From Kineococcus radiotolerans SRS30216 = ATCC BAA-149 (GTDB lineage Bacteria; Actinomycetota; Actinomycetes; Actinomycetales; Kineococcaceae), in NCBI RefSeq assembly GCF_000017305.1, contig NC_009664.2:2880001-2912000 (forward strand): a DNA stretch of 32,000 nt, read 5' to 3'. The notes beneath the pieces were generated by a model that saw only the letters and a list, made by a program, of their open reading frames with translations, was not told the origin of the DNA and ran no database searches. Below are positions 6,660 to 16,443 of the stretch, piece by piece. The translations under genes and the position numbers were made by a program. How positions within the stretch are numbered: the stretch's first letter is position 1; each line of letters opens with the position of its first letter.

Positions 6660-8342
6660 TCAGCTCCAGCGCTCGGGCAGGTCCACCGCCGCCGACGGGT
6701 CGAGGGTCTCGACCAGGGCGGCCAGCACGATCGCGACGCCGACCGCCCCGGGGTCGGGCGTCCCCAGGGCGCGTTCGCCGAGGTAGCTCGCCCGGCCCCG
6801 GCGGGGGAGCATGCCGGCGGTGGCCGCGGCCCCGTCCACGGCGGCGCGCAGCAGCTCGGCCGGGCCGCCGGTCGAGGTGACGGCCGCGTGCAGGGTGTCC
6901 GCCATGGTCCGGTCCCCGGGCCGGGCGCCCCCGACGCGCTGCACGGCCTCCGCGGCCGAACGCAGGCCCACGCGCACCGCCTCGACCCCCGAACCCCCGC
7001 TGAGGCCGGTGCGCAGGTTCTGGAACAGCAACCCGAACAGCGGTCCGCTGGAACCCCCGACGTGGTCGAGGAACGCCTGCTCCGCGGCCCGCAGACCCGG
7101 CTGCGGCTCGTCCCCGGGGACCCGGGAGGCGAGGGCGGTGCGGGTGCCGCCGTCGAGGTTGTCGCCGAAGTCCCCGTCCCCGGTGACCTGGTCGAGCCGG
7201 GTGAGCTCCGGCTTCGCGGCGGCGACCCGGCGGCCCAGGGCGGTGAGGAAGGGGTCGTCGGCGACCGCGCGGCCGGTGACCTCCCCGGCGTCGGCGGTGG
7301 CGTCGGTGGCGGTGGCGGGGACCGCCGTCCCCACCGGTTCGGCGCTGGGCAGCGCGGGGGTCGCGGTGGGGGCGGCGAGGTGGGCGACCCAGTCCGGTTC
7401 CAGGGCGGTGAGGGTGAGGGAGAAGCCCCGCATGTCGAGCGCGGCGACGTAGGTCCCGGCCAGGGCCGCGGCCGTCGTCAGGCCCCGTTCCCCCAGCCGA
7501 CCCACGACGTGGTCGAGGACGGAGAACAGCTCCAGGCCGGTGACGGCTCCCAGGCCGTTGACCAGGACGCCGTACCCGGTCGCGGTGGCGGGCACGTGGG
7601 CCAGGAGCTCCTCCAGCATCCGGTCCACGACCTCGGCGCTGCCGGGGCGGTCGACGGTGCTGACGGCGCGCTCGCCGTGGATGCCGACGCCGTACTCCAG
7701 CTGCCCCGGGGCCAGCTCGAAGGCGGGGCCGGTCCCGCCGGGGGCGGTGTGCGCGCGGGAGGCGACGGCGAGGCTGCGGGAGGCGGCGACCACGCGCCGG
7801 CCCAGGTCGGCGAGCTCGGCCAGCGAGGCCCCGCCGTCGGCGGCCGCGGCCAGCACCTTCTCCACCACGACCGTCGCGCCGGTCCCGCGCCGGCCGGTCT
7901 CGGCGGCCTCGTTCTCGGTGGCGAGGTCGTCGTCGACGAGGACGGTCTCGACGTCGATCCCCTCCGCGCGCAGGCGTTCCGCGGCGATGCCGAAGTTGAT
8001 GACGTCGCCGGTGTAGTTCTTCACCACGAGCAGGACGCCGCCGGGCCGGGCGGCCGCGCGGGCCCCGGCGAAGATCTGCTGGTTGTGCGGGGAGGCGAAC
8101 ACCTGGCCGGGGATGGCCGCGTCCAGGCCGCCGCGGCCGACGAAGCCGGTGTGCAGGGGCTCGTGCCCCGAACCCCCGCCGGAGACGAGCGCGACCCGCC
8201 GGGTGGGGGCCGGGTCCGCGGCCACCACGTAGGCGGGGTCGAGGTTGACGCGCAGGGTCGCGCCGTGGGCGCGGGCCAGGCCGGCGAGGGCCGAGGCGAC
8301 CGGGTCGGCGCCGGTGGAGAACTGGTCGGGACGGGTGCTCAC
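6660..8342 (-). CDS. Dihydroxyacetone kinase family protein (fused DhaK + DhaL domains, 560 aa)
   Basis: DhaK motif VSGGGSGHEPLHTGFVG and DhaL motif VTGDGDFGDNL. GTG at 8342..8340 is preceded by AGGAG about 6 nt upstream on the minus strand. The longer track ORF adds a non-homologous extension. Confidence 0.85.
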   Translation of the reverse strand: MSTRPDQFSTGADPVASALAGLARAHGATLRVNLDPAYVVAADPAPTRRVALVSGGGSGHEPLHTGFVGRGGLDAAIPGQVFASPHNQQIFAGARAAARPGGVLLVVKNYTGDVINFGIAAERLRAEGIDVETVLVDDDLATENEAAETGRRGTGATVVVEKVLAAAADGGASLAELADLGRRVVAASRSLAVASRAHTAPGGTGPAFELAPGQLEYGVGIHGERAVSTVDRPGSAEVVDRMLEELLAHVPATATGYGVLVNGLGAVTGLELFSVLDHVVGRLGERGLTTAAALAGTYVAALDMRGFSLTLTALEPDWVAHLAAPTATPALPSAEPVGTAVPATATDATADAGEVTGRAVADDPFLTALGRRVAAAKPELTRLDQVTGDGDFGDNLDGGTRTALASRVPGDEPQPGLRAAEQAFLDHVGGSSGPLFGLLFQNLRTGLSGGSGVEAVRVGLRSAAEAVQRVGGARPGDRTMADTLHAAVTSTGGPAELLRAAVDGAAATAGMLPRRGRASYLGERALGTPDPGAVGVAIVLAALVETLDPSAAVDLPERWS

Positions 8343-8648
8343 GGTCGCTCCTGGTCGGGTGGTGTCGCGGGTCGGTCGGTCGCGCGGGGGCCACGCCGCG
8401 GCGGTGCCGGCGGCGGTGCCGGCGGGGCGGCGCGCGTGGTGGCGCCATCCTGGCCCGCTCCCGCGGCCACAGCGAGGGGGTGTGACCTGCGTCTCCACAC
8501 CTGACCGTGAGCCGGTGCGCGCCCGGGTCTAGGGTGCGAGAGGCCCGGTGCCGGCCGACGTGGACGCCCGACCAGTGACCCTGGACAGGTGCCCGTCCGG
8601 CACGTCAGTTCAACTTCCGACCGAAGACGAGGAAGACGGAGAACACTG

Positions 8649-9824
8649 GTGGACCTCTTCGAGTACCAGGCGCGCGACCTGTTCGCGGCGCACGGCGTAC
8701 CCGTGCTGGACGGCAGGGTCGCCACCACCCCCGAGGAGGCCCGGGCGGCCGCCGAGGCGATGGGTGGCGGCACCGTGGTCGTGAAGGCGCAGGTCAAGAC
8801 CGGCGGCCGCGGGAAGGCGGGCGGCGTCAAGCTGGCCCACAGCCCCGAGGAGGCGGGCGAGCGGGCCCGCGAGATCCTCGGGATGGACATCAAGGGCCAC
8901 ACGGTCCACCAGGTGATGATCGCCGAGGGCGCCAGGATCGCCGAGGAGTTCTACTTCTCGGTCCTCCTCGACCGCTCCAACCGCACCTACCTCGCGATGT
9001 GCAGCGTCGAGGGCGGCATGGAGATCGAGCAGCTCGCCGTCGAGCGCCCCGAGGCGCTGGCCCGGGTCCCCGTGGACGCGCTGACCGGCATCGACGCCGC
9101 GAAGGCCGCCGAGATCGTCGAGGCCGCCGGCTTCGCCCCCGAGCTGCGGGAGAAGGTCGCCGACGTCGTCGTCAAGCTGTGGGGCGTGTTCACCGCCGAG
9201 GACGCCACGCTCGTCGAGGTCAACCCGCTGGTGCGCACCGAGGACGGCTCGATCGTCGCCCTCGACGGGAAGGTGACGCTGGACGAGAACGCCGACTTCC
9301 GCCACCCCGCCCACGCCGAGCTGGTCGACGCCGCCGCCGCGGACCCGCTGGAGGCCAAGGCGAAGGAGCTGGGCCTCAACTACGTGAAGCTGGACGGCGA
9401 GGTCGGCATCATCGGCAACGGCGCCGGGCTGGTCATGTCCACCCTCGACGTCGTGGCCTACGCCGGGGAGGCGCACGGCGGGGTGAAGCCGGCGAACTTC
9501 CTCGACATCGGCGGCGGCGCCTCCGCGCAGGTCATGGCCAACGGCCTCGACGTCATCCTCAACGACGCGCAGGTCAAGAGCGTGTTCGTCAACGTCTTCG
9601 GCGGCATCACCGCCTGCGACGAGGTCGCCAAGGGCATCGTCGCGGCCCTGGGGATCCTCGGCGACGAGGCCACCAAGCCCCTCGTCGTGCGCCTGGACGG
9701 CAACAACGTCGAGGAGGGCCGGCGCATCCTCGCCGAGGCCGCCCACCCCCTCGTCACGGTCGTGGACACGATGGACGGCGCGGCCGACAGGGCCGCCGAG
9801 CTCGCGAGCGCCGGGAAGGCCTGA
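8649..9824 (+). CDS. sucC: Succinyl-CoA ligase (ADP-forming) beta subunit
   Basis: GTG at 8649 gives [19 protein letters not shown], the canonical SucC N-terminus. ATP-grasp and CoA-ligase regions are recognisable. GGAG lies upstream of the start. Confidence 0.95.
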   Translation: MDLFEYQARDLFAAHGVPVLDGRVATTPEEARAAAEAMGGGTVVVKAQVKTGGRGKAGGVKLAHSPEEAGERAREILGMDIKGHTVHQVMIAEGARIAEEFYFSVLLDRSNRTYLAMCSVEGGMEIEQLAVERPEALARVPVDALTGIDAAKAAEIVEAAGFAPELREKVADVVVKLWGVFTAEDATLVEVNPLVRTEDGSIVALDGKVTLDENADFRHPAHAELVDAAAADPLEAKAKELGLNYVKLDGEVGIIGNGAGLVMSTLDVVAYAGEAHGGVKPANFLDIGGGASAQVMANGLDVILNDAQVKSVFVNVFGGITACDEVAKGIVAALGILGDEATKPLVVRLDGNNVEEGRRILAEAAHPLVTVVDTMDGAADRAAELASAGKA

Positions 9825-9827
9825 ACG

Positions 9828-10727
9828 ATGTCGATCTTCATCAACTCCGACTCCAAGGTCCTCGTCCAGGGGATGACCGGCTCCGAGGGGCGCAAGCACA
9901 CCCAGCGGATGCTGACCTCCGGCACGCAGGTCGTCGGCGGGGTGACCCCCGGCAAGGGCGGGCAGTCCGTCGAGTTCACCGGCGCCGACGGCTCGCCCGT
10001 CCAGGTCCCGGTGTTCTCCTCCGTCGGGGAGGCCCGCGAGGCCACCGGCGCCGACGTCAGCGTCATCTTCGTGCCGGCCAAGTTCACCAAGGGCGCGGTC
10101 GTCGAGGCCGTCGAAGCCGCGACCCCCCTCGTCGTCGTCATCACCGAGGGCGTGCCCGTCGCGGACTCCGCGGAGTTCTACGCCCTCGCCGCCAAGAGCG
10201 GCACGACGCGGCTCATCGGCCCCAACTGCCCCGGCCTCATCAGCCCCGGCAAGTCCAACGTCGGCATCATCCCCGCCGACATCACCCCGCCCGGGCGCAT
10301 CGGGCTGGTCTCGAAGTCGGGCACCCTGACGTACCAGATGATGTACGAGCTGCGCGACATCGGGTTCTCCTCCGCCGTCGGCATCGGGGGCGACCCGGTC
10401 ATCGGGACCACGCACATCGACGCGCTGCAGGCGTTCCAAGACGACCCCGAGACCGACGTCATCGTCATGATCGGGGAGATCGGCGGCGACGCCGAGGAGC
10501 GCGCCGCGAAGTTCATCGAGGCCAACGTGACCAAGCCCGTCGTGGGCTACGTCGCCGGCTTCACCGCCCCCGAGGGCAAGACGATGGGCCACGCCGGCGC
10601 CATCGTCTCCGGCTCCGCGGGCACCGCGCAGGCCAAGAAGGACGCTCTCGAGGCGGCCGGGGTCAAGGTCGGGAAGACCCCGAGCGAGACCGCGGCGCTG
10701 GCCCGGGAGATCTTCCAGGCCCTCTGA
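9828..10727 (+). CDS. sucD: Succinyl-CoA ligase alpha subunit
   Basis: [36 protein letters not shown] and the catalytic-His region [10 protein letters not shown]. Starts 3 nt after the sucC stop. Confidence 0.95.
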   Translation: MSIFINSDSKVLVQGMTGSEGRKHTQRMLTSGTQVVGGVTPGKGGQSVEFTGADGSPVQVPVFSSVGEAREATGADVSVIFVPAKFTKGAVVEAVEAATPLVVVITEGVPVADSAEFYALAAKSGTTRLIGPNCPGLISPGKSNVGIIPADITPPGRIGLVSKSGTLTYQMMYELRDIGFSSAVGIGGDPVIGTTHIDALQAFQDDPETDVIVMIGEIGGDAEERAAKFIEANVTKPVVGYVAGFTAPEGKTMGHAGAIVSGSAGTAQAKKDALEAAGVKVGKTPSETAALAREIFQAL

Positions 10728-10742
10728 CCGGCCCGCGGACCG

Positions 10743-10773
10743 CGGCCCCCGTCGACGTCGTCGGCGGGGGCCG
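10743..10773 (+). terminator. GC-rich hairpin after sucD (candidate intrinsic terminator without a U-tract)
   Basis: cggcccccg (10743-10751) pairs with cgggggccg (10765-10773), and further pairing is possible inside the loop. Begins 16 nt after the sucD stop. Confidence 0.4.
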
Positions 10774-10875
10774 TCGTCGTCCGGGGCCCCCGCACCGGGC
10801 GGCCGGCGGAGATTCCCGGGGCCCAGCGCGCGTCGCTGGCCCCCGCGGGCGCGCCCGCGGGGGACGATCGCGGGG

Positions 10876-12141
10876 ATGTCCAGCGCAACCAGCCCCTCCA
10901 CCGGCAAGCCCGCCGGCGGGTCCACCCGGCGACCCGCCGGCCCCACCGCCGCCGACCTGCTGCCCCTGCTCACCGCGTCCCTGCGCGCCGTGCTGACGCT
11001 GCTCGTGCCGATCGTCGCGGTGTGCGTCGTGGGGTGGATGGCCTCGGTGCGCTCCACCTCCTCCCTGGCCGCCGTCGCCCGCGTGGGGGCCGACCTGTGG
11101 CTCCTCGGGCACGGCAGCGCCGTGGCCGTCGTGGGCGGGACCGTCGGGATCGCCCCCCTGGGGATCACCGCGCTGGCCGCGGCCTCGGCCCACCGGGCGG
11201 TGCGGATGTGGCTGCGCGACCAGGCCGAGGCCGGGCGCGACGTCCCCTTCTGGCGGGGCCTGGGCGTCTTCACCGCCGGGTACGGCGTCCTCGCCCTGCT
11301 CCTCGCGCTGGTCTCCCGCAGCGGGGTGGGGGCCGCCTCGCCGCCGGCCTCGCTGCTCGGGGGGTGCCTCGTCGCCGGGATCGGCGGCGCCTGGGCGCTG
11401 CGGGCGCACCGGCCCCCGCTGCCCGTCGCCGTCCCCGGCGTCGTCACCACCGCGCTGCGGCCCGCGCTGAGCGCCGTCGCCGGCCTCCTCGCCGTCGGCG
11501 CCCTCCTCGTCACCGCCGCCCTGGTCCACGGCCGCGCCGAGGTCCTCGCCCTGCACGAGGCGCTAGACCCCGGCCTCGTCGGGGGCGCGCTGCTGACCCT
11601 CGCCCAGGTGCTGCTGCTGCCGACCCTGGCGGTGTGGGGACTGGCCTGGGCCACCGGCGTCGGCTTCGCCGTCGGCACCGGGACCTCGGTGGCGCCGGGG
11701 GCCACGACCCTCGACACCCTGCCCACCCTCCCCGTCCTCGGCGCCCTGCCCACCCTCGGCCCGACGCCGGTGCTGGCCTGGGCCGCCGTGGTGCTCCCCG
11801 TCCTCCTCGGGGCCGCCGCGTGGACCCTGCACGCCCGCCGCACCCGCCCCGCGGGCGGCGTGCTGCGCCGCTGCGCCGCCGCGCTGGTGACCGGGGCGCT
11901 GAGCGGCCTGCTGGTCGCCGCCCTGGCCGCCTTCGCCGGCGGCCCCGCCGGGCACGGCCGGATGAGCGACCTCGGGCCCCACGCCCTGCTCACCGGCGCC
12001 GCCGCCGGCGGCGAGGTCGCTGCCGGGGCGCTGCTGGCCGTCCTCCTCGGCCGGGCCTGGCGGGCCTGGCGCGGGACGACCCTCGTCGTCACCCTCCCCG
12101 ACAGCGGCGACGGGCCCCCGCGCAAGCTGCTCGGGGAGTAG
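10876..12141 (+). CDS. perM: DUF6350/PerM-like polytopic membrane protein (421 aa)
   Basis: Many hydrophobic helices with a Gly/Ala/Leu-rich composition. Its position between sucD and purN matches the Mycobacterium Rv0955 (PerM) synteny as I recall it. Assignment rests on synteny plus composition, not alignment. Confidence 0.6.
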   Translation: MSSATSPSTGKPAGGSTRRPAGPTAADLLPLLTASLRAVLTLLVPIVAVCVVGWMASVRSTSSLAAVARVGADLWLLGHGSAVAVVGGTVGIAPLGITALAAASAHRAVRMWLRDQAEAGRDVPFWRGLGVFTAGYGVLALLLALVSRSGVGAASPPASLLGGCLVAGIGGAWALRAHRPPLPVAVPGVVTTALRPALSAVAGLLAVGALLVTAALVHGRAEVLALHEALDPGLVGGALLTLAQVLLLPTLAVWGLAWATGVGFAVGTGTSVAPGATTLDTLPTLPVLGALPTLGPTPVLAWAAVVLPVLLGAAAWTLHARRTRPAGGVLRRCAAALVTGALSGLLVAALAAFAGGPAGHGRMSDLGPHALLTGAAAGGEVAAGALLAVLLGRAWRAWRGTTLVVTLPDSGDGPPRKLLGE

Positions 12142-12225
12142 CGCCCGCGCTCCCGGGCCGCCGGCGGCCGCCGTCCTCCACCGCCGTCCCCGTCCGCGTC
12201 GTTCCGGGACCGCCCCCGCGGCGGC

Positions 12226-12231
12226 TAGAGT
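12226..12231 (+). promoter_or_regulatory. Candidate -10 hexamer (TAGAGT) for a leaderless or short-leader purN transcript
   Basis: TANNNT hexamer 8 nt upstream of the purN GTG (12240). No Shine-Dalgarno sequence lies in between. Confidence 0.35.
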
Positions 12232-12239
12232 CTCGCCAC

Positions 12240-12836
12240 GTGCCCGCACGAGTGGTCGTCCTCGCCTCCGGATCCGGGTCGACCCTGCAGGCCCTCCTCG
12301 ACGCCGCCGACCCGGCCTGGCGGGTCGTGGCTGTCGGCTCCGACAAGCCCGCCGTGACCGCCCTGGACCGGGCCGCCGCCGCCGGGGTCGAGACGTTCAC
12401 CGTCAGCCCCCGCGACTTCGCCGACCGCCCCGCCTGGGACACCGCCCTCGCCGCCGAGATCGCCCGCCGCGAACCCGACCTCGTCGTCCTCGCCGGGTTC
12501 ATGCGCATCCTCGGGGCGCCGGTGGTCGAGGCCTTCGGCGGGCGGCTGGTCAACACCCACCCCGCGCTGCTGCCCTCCTTCCCCGGCGCGCACGGCGTCC
12601 GCGACGCCCTCGCCCACGGGGTGAAGGTCACCGGCTGCACCGTCCACCTCGTCGACGCCGGCGTCGACACCGGCCCGATCCTGGACCAGGTGGCCGTGCG
12701 CGTCCTCGACGACGACGACGAGGCGACGCTGCACGAACGCATCAAGACCCACGAGCGCGCCCTGCTCGTCGACGTCGTGGGCCGGCTGGCCCGCTCGCTC
12801 CCCACCCCCACCCCCGAGAGGACGGCACCCCGCTGA
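12240..12836 (+). CDS. purN: Phosphoribosylglycinamide formyltransferase
   Basis: [30 protein letters not shown] and [17 protein letters not shown] are PurN hallmarks. The GTG at 12240 is chosen as start (the GTG at 12252 is an alternative). The stop overlaps the purH ATG (TGATG). Confidence 0.9.
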   Translation: MPARVVVLASGSGSTLQALLDAADPAWRVVAVGSDKPAVTALDRAAAAGVETFTVSPRDFADRPAWDTALAAEIARREPDLVVLAGFMRILGAPVVEAFGGRLVNTHPALLPSFPGAHGVRDALAHGVKVTGCTVHLVDAGVDTGPILDQVAVRVLDDDDEATLHERIKTHERALLVDVVGRLARSLPTPTPERTAPR

Positions 12837-14413
12837 TGGCACAGGAGACCCCCGAGGCCCGCGTCCCCGTCAAGCGCGCGCTGGTCAGCGTCTACGACAA
12901 GACCGGCCTGGAGGAACTCGCCCAGGGGCTGCACGCCGCCGGCGTCGCGCTCGTCTCCACCGGCTCCACCGCCGCCCGCATCGCCGCCGCCGGTGTCCCG
13001 GTCACCCCGGTGGAGGACCTCACCGGCTTCCCCGAGTGCCTCGACGGGCGGGTCAAGACGCTGCACCCGCGCGTCCACGCCGGCATCCTCGCCGACCGCC
13101 GCCTGCCCGACCACGTCCGCCAGCTCGCCGAGCTCGACGTCGAGCCCTTCGACCTCGTCGTCGTGAACCTCTACCCCTTCGCCGCGACCGTCGCCTCCGG
13201 CGCCGGCTACGACGACGTCGTCGAGCAGATCGACATCGGCGGCCCCTCGATGGTCCGCGCCGCGGCCAAGAACCACCCCAGCGTCGCCGTCGTCGTCGAC
13301 CCCGCCCGCTACGGCGACGTCCTGGACGCCGTCGCCGCCGGCGGGTTCGACCTGCCCGCCCGCAAGCGGCTGGCCGCCGCCGCGTTCGCGCACACCGCGG
13401 CCTACGACACCGCCGTCGCCGGGTGGTTCGCCGAGCAGACCCTGAGCGAGGAGGACGGCGGCTGGCCCGCGGTCACCGGCGTCGCCCTGGAACGCGCCGA
13501 CGTCCTGCGCTACGGCGAGAACCCCCACCAGCAGGCCGCCGTCTACGTCGACCCGACCGCCGCCCCGGGCATCGCGCAGGCCGTCCAGCTGCACGGCAAG
13601 GCCATGTCCTACAACAACTACGTCGACGCCGACGCCGCCCTGCGCGCCGCCCACGACCTCGACGGCCCCGCCGTCGCCGTCATCAAGCACGCCAACCCCT
13701 GCGGCATCGCCACCGGCACCGACGTCGCCGACGCCCATGCCAAGGCCCACGCCTGCGACCCGGTGTCCGCCTTCGGCGGGGTCATCGCCGCCAACCGCGT
13801 CGTGACCGCCGCGATGGCCGCCCAGGTCGCCGACGTGTTCACCGAGGTCGTCATCGCCCCCGGCTTCGAACCCGAGGCGCTGGAGACCCTGCGGGCCAAG
13901 AAGAACATCCGCCTGCTGCAGCTGCCCGAGGGCTACGGCCGCGGCGCGCGGGAGTGGCGCCCGGTCTCCGGCGGCGTCCTCGTCCAGGAGCTGGACCGCG
14001 TCGACGCCCACGGCGACGACCCCGCGAACTGGACGCTGGCCGCCGGCGAGGCCGCCGACGAGCAGACCCTCGCCGACCTCGAGTTCGCCTGGCGCGCGGT
14101 GCGCTCGGTGCGCTCCAACGCCATCCTGCTGGCCCGCGACGGCGCGTCCGTCGGGGTCGGGATGGGGCAGGTCAACCGCGTCGACTCCTGCAAGCTGGCC
14201 GTCGAGCGCGCCGGCGCCGAGCGCGCCGCGGGGTCGGTCGCGGCCTCCGACGCCTTCTTCCCCTTCGCCGACGGGGCGCAGATCCTCCTCGACGCCGGGG
14301 TGCGCGCCATCGTCCAGCCGGGCGGGTCGATCCGCGACGGCGAGGTCGTCGAGGCCGCGACGAAGGCCGGGATCACCATGTACTTCACCGGCGCGCGGCA
14401 CTTCGCGCACTGA
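12836..14413 (+). CDS. purH: Bifunctional AICAR formyltransferase / IMP cyclohydrolase
   Basis: [26 protein letters not shown]-type region, VIKHANPCG and the C-terminal [11 protein letters not shown] are all characteristic of PurH. Confidence 0.95.
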   Translation: MAQETPEARVPVKRALVSVYDKTGLEELAQGLHAAGVALVSTGSTAARIAAAGVPVTPVEDLTGFPECLDGRVKTLHPRVHAGILADRRLPDHVRQLAELDVEPFDLVVVNLYPFAATVASGAGYDDVVEQIDIGGPSMVRAAAKNHPSVAVVVDPARYGDVLDAVAAGGFDLPARKRLAAAAFAHTAAYDTAVAGWFAEQTLSEEDGGWPAVTGVALERADVLRYGENPHQQAAVYVDPTAAPGIAQAVQLHGKAMSYNNYVDADAALRAAHDLDGPAVAVIKHANPCGIATGTDVADAHAKAHACDPVSAFGGVIAANRVVTAAMAAQVADVFTEVVIAPGFEPEALETLRAKKNIRLLQLPEGYGRGAREWRPVSGGVLVQELDRVDAHGDDPANWTLAAGEAADEQTLADLEFAWRAVRSVRSNAILLARDGASVGVGMGQVNRVDSCKLAVERAGAERAAGSVAASDAFFPFADGAQILLDAGVRAIVQPGGSIRDGEVVEAATKAGITMYFTGARHFAH

Positions 14414-14424
14414 GCCGCGCGCGC

Positions 14425-14430
14425 TAGCGT
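14425..14430 (+). promoter_or_regulatory. Candidate -10 hexamer (TAGCGT) for a leaderless transcript of the 14438 gene
   Basis: tagcgttccgggcATG: the hexamer lies 7 nt before the ATG. A near-identical 16-mer recurs at 28493 and 23734. Confidence 0.4.
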
Positions 14431-14437
14431 TCCGGGC

Positions 14438-14728
14438 ATGACTCCGGCGCCGGCTCCCGAGCGGGTCCCCACCCCGGGCAACGCCGTCCTGCTGACCCTC
14501 GTCGGCGGGATCGTCGCGGCCCTGGGGCTGACCCTGCTCGCGGGGCCGGCGTCGGGGGGTGCGCTGCTCGGCGCCGACCTCGCCGTCGCCGCCGTCCTGC
14601 GCCTCGTCCTGCCGGTGCGGGTGGCCGGCGGGCTCGCCGTCCGCTCCCGGCCGGTGGACGTGGCGATGCTGCTCGTCCTCGCCGTCTCTTGCCTGGTGCT
14701 GGCCGGGCTGGTCCCGACCCCGGCCTGA
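14438..14728 (+). CDS. Small membrane protein, DUF3017-like (96 aa)
   Basis: Three hydrophobic segments (LLTLVGGIVAALGLTLL, LAVAAVLRLVL, MLLVLAVSCLVLAGLV). The family name is from memory of similar actinobacterial proteins near folD/purH. Confidence 0.5.
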   Translation: MTPAPAPERVPTPGNAVLLTLVGGIVAALGLTLLAGPASGGALLGADLAVAAVLRLVLPVRVAGGLAVRSRPVDVAMLLVLAVSCLVLAGLVPTPA

Positions 14729-14740
14729 GCGCCGCCGGGT

Positions 14741-14746
14741 TACGCT
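14741..14746 (+). promoter_or_regulatory. Candidate -10 hexamer (TACGCT) driving the riboswitch-like leader
   Basis: TANNNT hexamer that would place a transcription start about 2-3 nt before the proposed P1 stem at 14756. Confidence 0.3.
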
Positions 14747-14752
14747 TCGGTC

Positions 14753-14846
14753 CGACCATCCAGAGCGGCCGAGAGATCTGGCTCGACGACGCCGCAGCAA
14801 CCCGGCCCCCGGGTGCTACCGCCAGGACCGATGGAGGAGCTCCCGC
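14753..14846 (+). promoter_or_regulatory. Candidate SAM-I-clan (S-box / SAM-I/IV-like) riboswitch leader
   Basis: The sequence CCATC CAGAG CGGCC GAGAGA TCTGGCTC GACGA CGCCG CAGCAACC CGGCCCCCGG GTGCTA ... GATGG parallels the SAM-I core AUC-AGAG-GGNGAGGGA-CUGGCCC-GAUGA-...-GGCAACC-[P3]-GGUGCUAA ... GAU. P1 pairs 14756-60 with 14830-34, P2 pairs gcggc with gccgc, and the P3 hairpin is 14801-14813. P4 is absent or short. The RBS GGAGGAG directly abuts the 3' strand of P1. Confidence 0.55.
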
Positions 14847-15992
14847 ATGTCCCTGCACGAACCCCTGAAGTTCGCCTACTGGGTCCCCAACGTCTCCGGT
14901 GGCCTCGTCGTCTCGACCATCGAGCAGCGCACCAGCCACGACCCGGCCTACAACGTCGAGGTCGCGCAGGCCGCCGAGCGGGTGGGCTTCGAGTACGCCC
15001 TGACCCAGGTGCGCTACCTCGCCTCCTACGGCGCCGACGCCCAGCACGAGTCGACCTCCTTCTCCCTGGCCCTGCTGCTGGCCACGCAGAAGCTCAAGGT
15101 CATCGCCGCGGTGCACCCGTTCTTCTGGCACCCCGGTGTGCTCGCCAAGTTCGCCGCGACCGCGCAGGAACTCACTCAGGACCGGCTCGCGCTGAACGTC
15201 GTGTCCGGCTGGTTCAAGAACGAGGCGACGCAGCTCGGGGTCACCTGGCACGAGCACGACGAGCGCTACCGCCAGTCCGAGGAGTTCATCGAACTGCTGC
15301 GGGGGGTGTGGAGCGAGGACGGCTACACCCAGCGGGGCGACTTCTTCAGCGCCGAGGACATCACCTTCCGCCCGCAGCCGAAGGTGCAGCCGGAGCTGTT
15401 CCAGGGGGGCAACTCCACCGCCGCGCAGGCCATGGCCGGCCGGGTCAGCGACTGGTACTTCATGAACGGCAAGTCGATCGCCGACGCCGCCGCGGGAGTG
15501 CGCGAGGTGTCCGCCCTGGCCGCCGGGAACGGACGCTCGGTGAAGTTCGCCCTCAACGGCTTCGGCCTCGTGCGCGACACCCGGGAAGAGGCCGAGGCCG
15601 TCCTGGAGGAGATCATCGCCAAGGCCGACGTGGCCAAGGTCGAGGGCTTCGGGGCCGCGGTCCAGGAAGCCGGCAACGCGACGGCCGACCGCAAGGGCAT
15701 GTGGGCCGACAGCGAGTTCCGGGACCTGGTGCAGTACAACGACGGGTTCCGCACCGGCCTGGTCGGCACCCCGGACGAGGTCGCCCGCCGGATCATGGCC
15801 TACCGCCTGGTGGGGGTGGACCTGCTGCTGCTGGCCTTCCTCCACGTCAAGGAGGAGGTCGAGGCGTTCGGCGAGCTCGTCATCCCCCGGGTGCGCGAGC
15901 TGGAGGCCCGGCTCGTGGCCGGGGAGGACCTGCAGCTGGGGCCGGAGCTGGACGAGGCCGTCGCGGCCGCGACCGCTCCCGTCCCCGCCTGA
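14847..15992 (+). CDS. sfnG: LLM-class FMNH2-dependent monooxygenase, SfnG (dimethylsulfone monooxygenase)-like (381 aa)
   Basis: ATG at 14847 after GGAGGAG. KFAYWVPNVSGGLVVS..IEQRT, FEYALTQVRY, NVVSGWF, HDERYRQSEEFI, QGGNS and LVQYNDGFRTGLVGTP closely track SfnG-type sequences as I recall them. Confidence 0.8.
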   Translation: MSLHEPLKFAYWVPNVSGGLVVSTIEQRTSHDPAYNVEVAQAAERVGFEYALTQVRYLASYGADAQHESTSFSLALLLATQKLKVIAAVHPFFWHPGVLAKFAATAQELTQDRLALNVVSGWFKNEATQLGVTWHEHDERYRQSEEFIELLRGVWSEDGYTQRGDFFSAEDITFRPQPKVQPELFQGGNSTAAQAMAGRVSDWYFMNGKSIADAAAGVREVSALAAGNGRSVKFALNGFGLVRDTREEAEAVLEEIIAKADVAKVEGFGAAVQEAGNATADRKGMWADSEFRDLVQYNDGFRTGLVGTPDEVARRIMAYRLVGVDLLLLAFLHVKEEVEAFGELVIPRVRELEARLVAGEDLQLGPELDEAVAAATAPVPA

Positions 15993-16047
15993 GCGGGTCG
16001 GGGCCCCTGCGGGTGCGCGCGGGGGCCGGAGCGAGGATCCTGAGCAG

Positions 16048-16290
16048 ATGCGCCTCGGAACGAGCCTCTTCCTCATCGCCCTCGGGGCGATCCTGACCTT
16101 CGCCGTGACGGTCTCGCTGTCGGGGATCGACATCCAGACCATCGGCGTCATCCTCATGTTCGTCGGGGTGCTCGGCCTCGTCCTGGAGTTCGTGATCTTC
16201 CGGCCCAGGGCGCGGCGCACCACGTCGGTCACCAGCACCGACCCCAGCGCGCGGACCACGACCCGGGAGTCCACCACCCGGGACCTCTGA
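16048..16290 (+). CDS. Small membrane protein, DUF6458-like (80 aa)
   Basis: Two hydrophobic helices (LFLIALGAILTFAV; IGVILMFVGVLGLVLEFVIF) followed by a Ser/Thr/Arg-rich tail. Confidence 0.55.
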   Translation: MRLGTSLFLIALGAILTFAVTVSLSGIDIQTIGVILMFVGVLGLVLEFVIFRPRARRTTSVTSTDPSARTTTRESTTRDL

Positions 16291-16311
16291 GCCACCGCCC
16301 GGGCCGGCAGC

Positions 16312-16347
16312 CCGCGCGCCCCGACCCCGGCGGGTCGGGGCGCGCGG
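16312..16347 (+). terminator. Perfect 16-bp GC-rich hairpin (candidate intrinsic terminator)
   Basis: ccgcgcgccccgaccc (16312-16327), loop cggc, gggtcggggcgcgcgg (16332-16347). Begins 22 nt after the stop at 16290. There is no U-tract, which is common in high-GC actinobacteria. Confidence 0.55.
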
Positions 16348-16431
16348 CGTGCTCGGGACGTGACGCGGCCGGGCGCGGGACGGCCCGCCGCGCCACGGCG
16401 TCCCTCGCACGCGGGCGCCCCGGACACGTCG

Positions 16432-16437
16432 TACCGT
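16432..16437 (+). promoter_or_regulatory. Candidate -10 hexamer (TACCGT) for leaderless idi
   Basis: TANNNT hexamer 6 nt upstream of the GTG at 16444. This supports 16444 over the track start at 16360, which lies only 12 nt after the hairpin. Confidence 0.35.
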
Positions 16438-16443
16438 GCGGGG

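Noticed and set aside
8401-8424. 12-bp tandem duplication gcggtgccggcg x2 in the dihydroxyacetone kinase / sucC intergenic region
   Set aside because: It is short, low-complexity GC-rich sequence with no associated structure or motif, and is likely chance or slippage.
8610-12125. 1171-aa minus-strand ORF spanning sucC, sucD and the PerM-like gene
   Set aside because: It is antisense to genes with unmistakable SucC/SucD motifs. The translation is Arg/Gly/Pro/Asp-rich with no motifs. Long stop-free antisense frames are expected at this GC content.
14559-14846. Upstream start giving a 477-aa monooxygenase that overlaps the DUF3017-like gene
   Set aside because: The extension overlaps another gene and the riboswitch-like leader. 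The ATG at 14847 follows GGAGGAG and matches the SfnG N-terminus (..KFAYWVPNVSGG).
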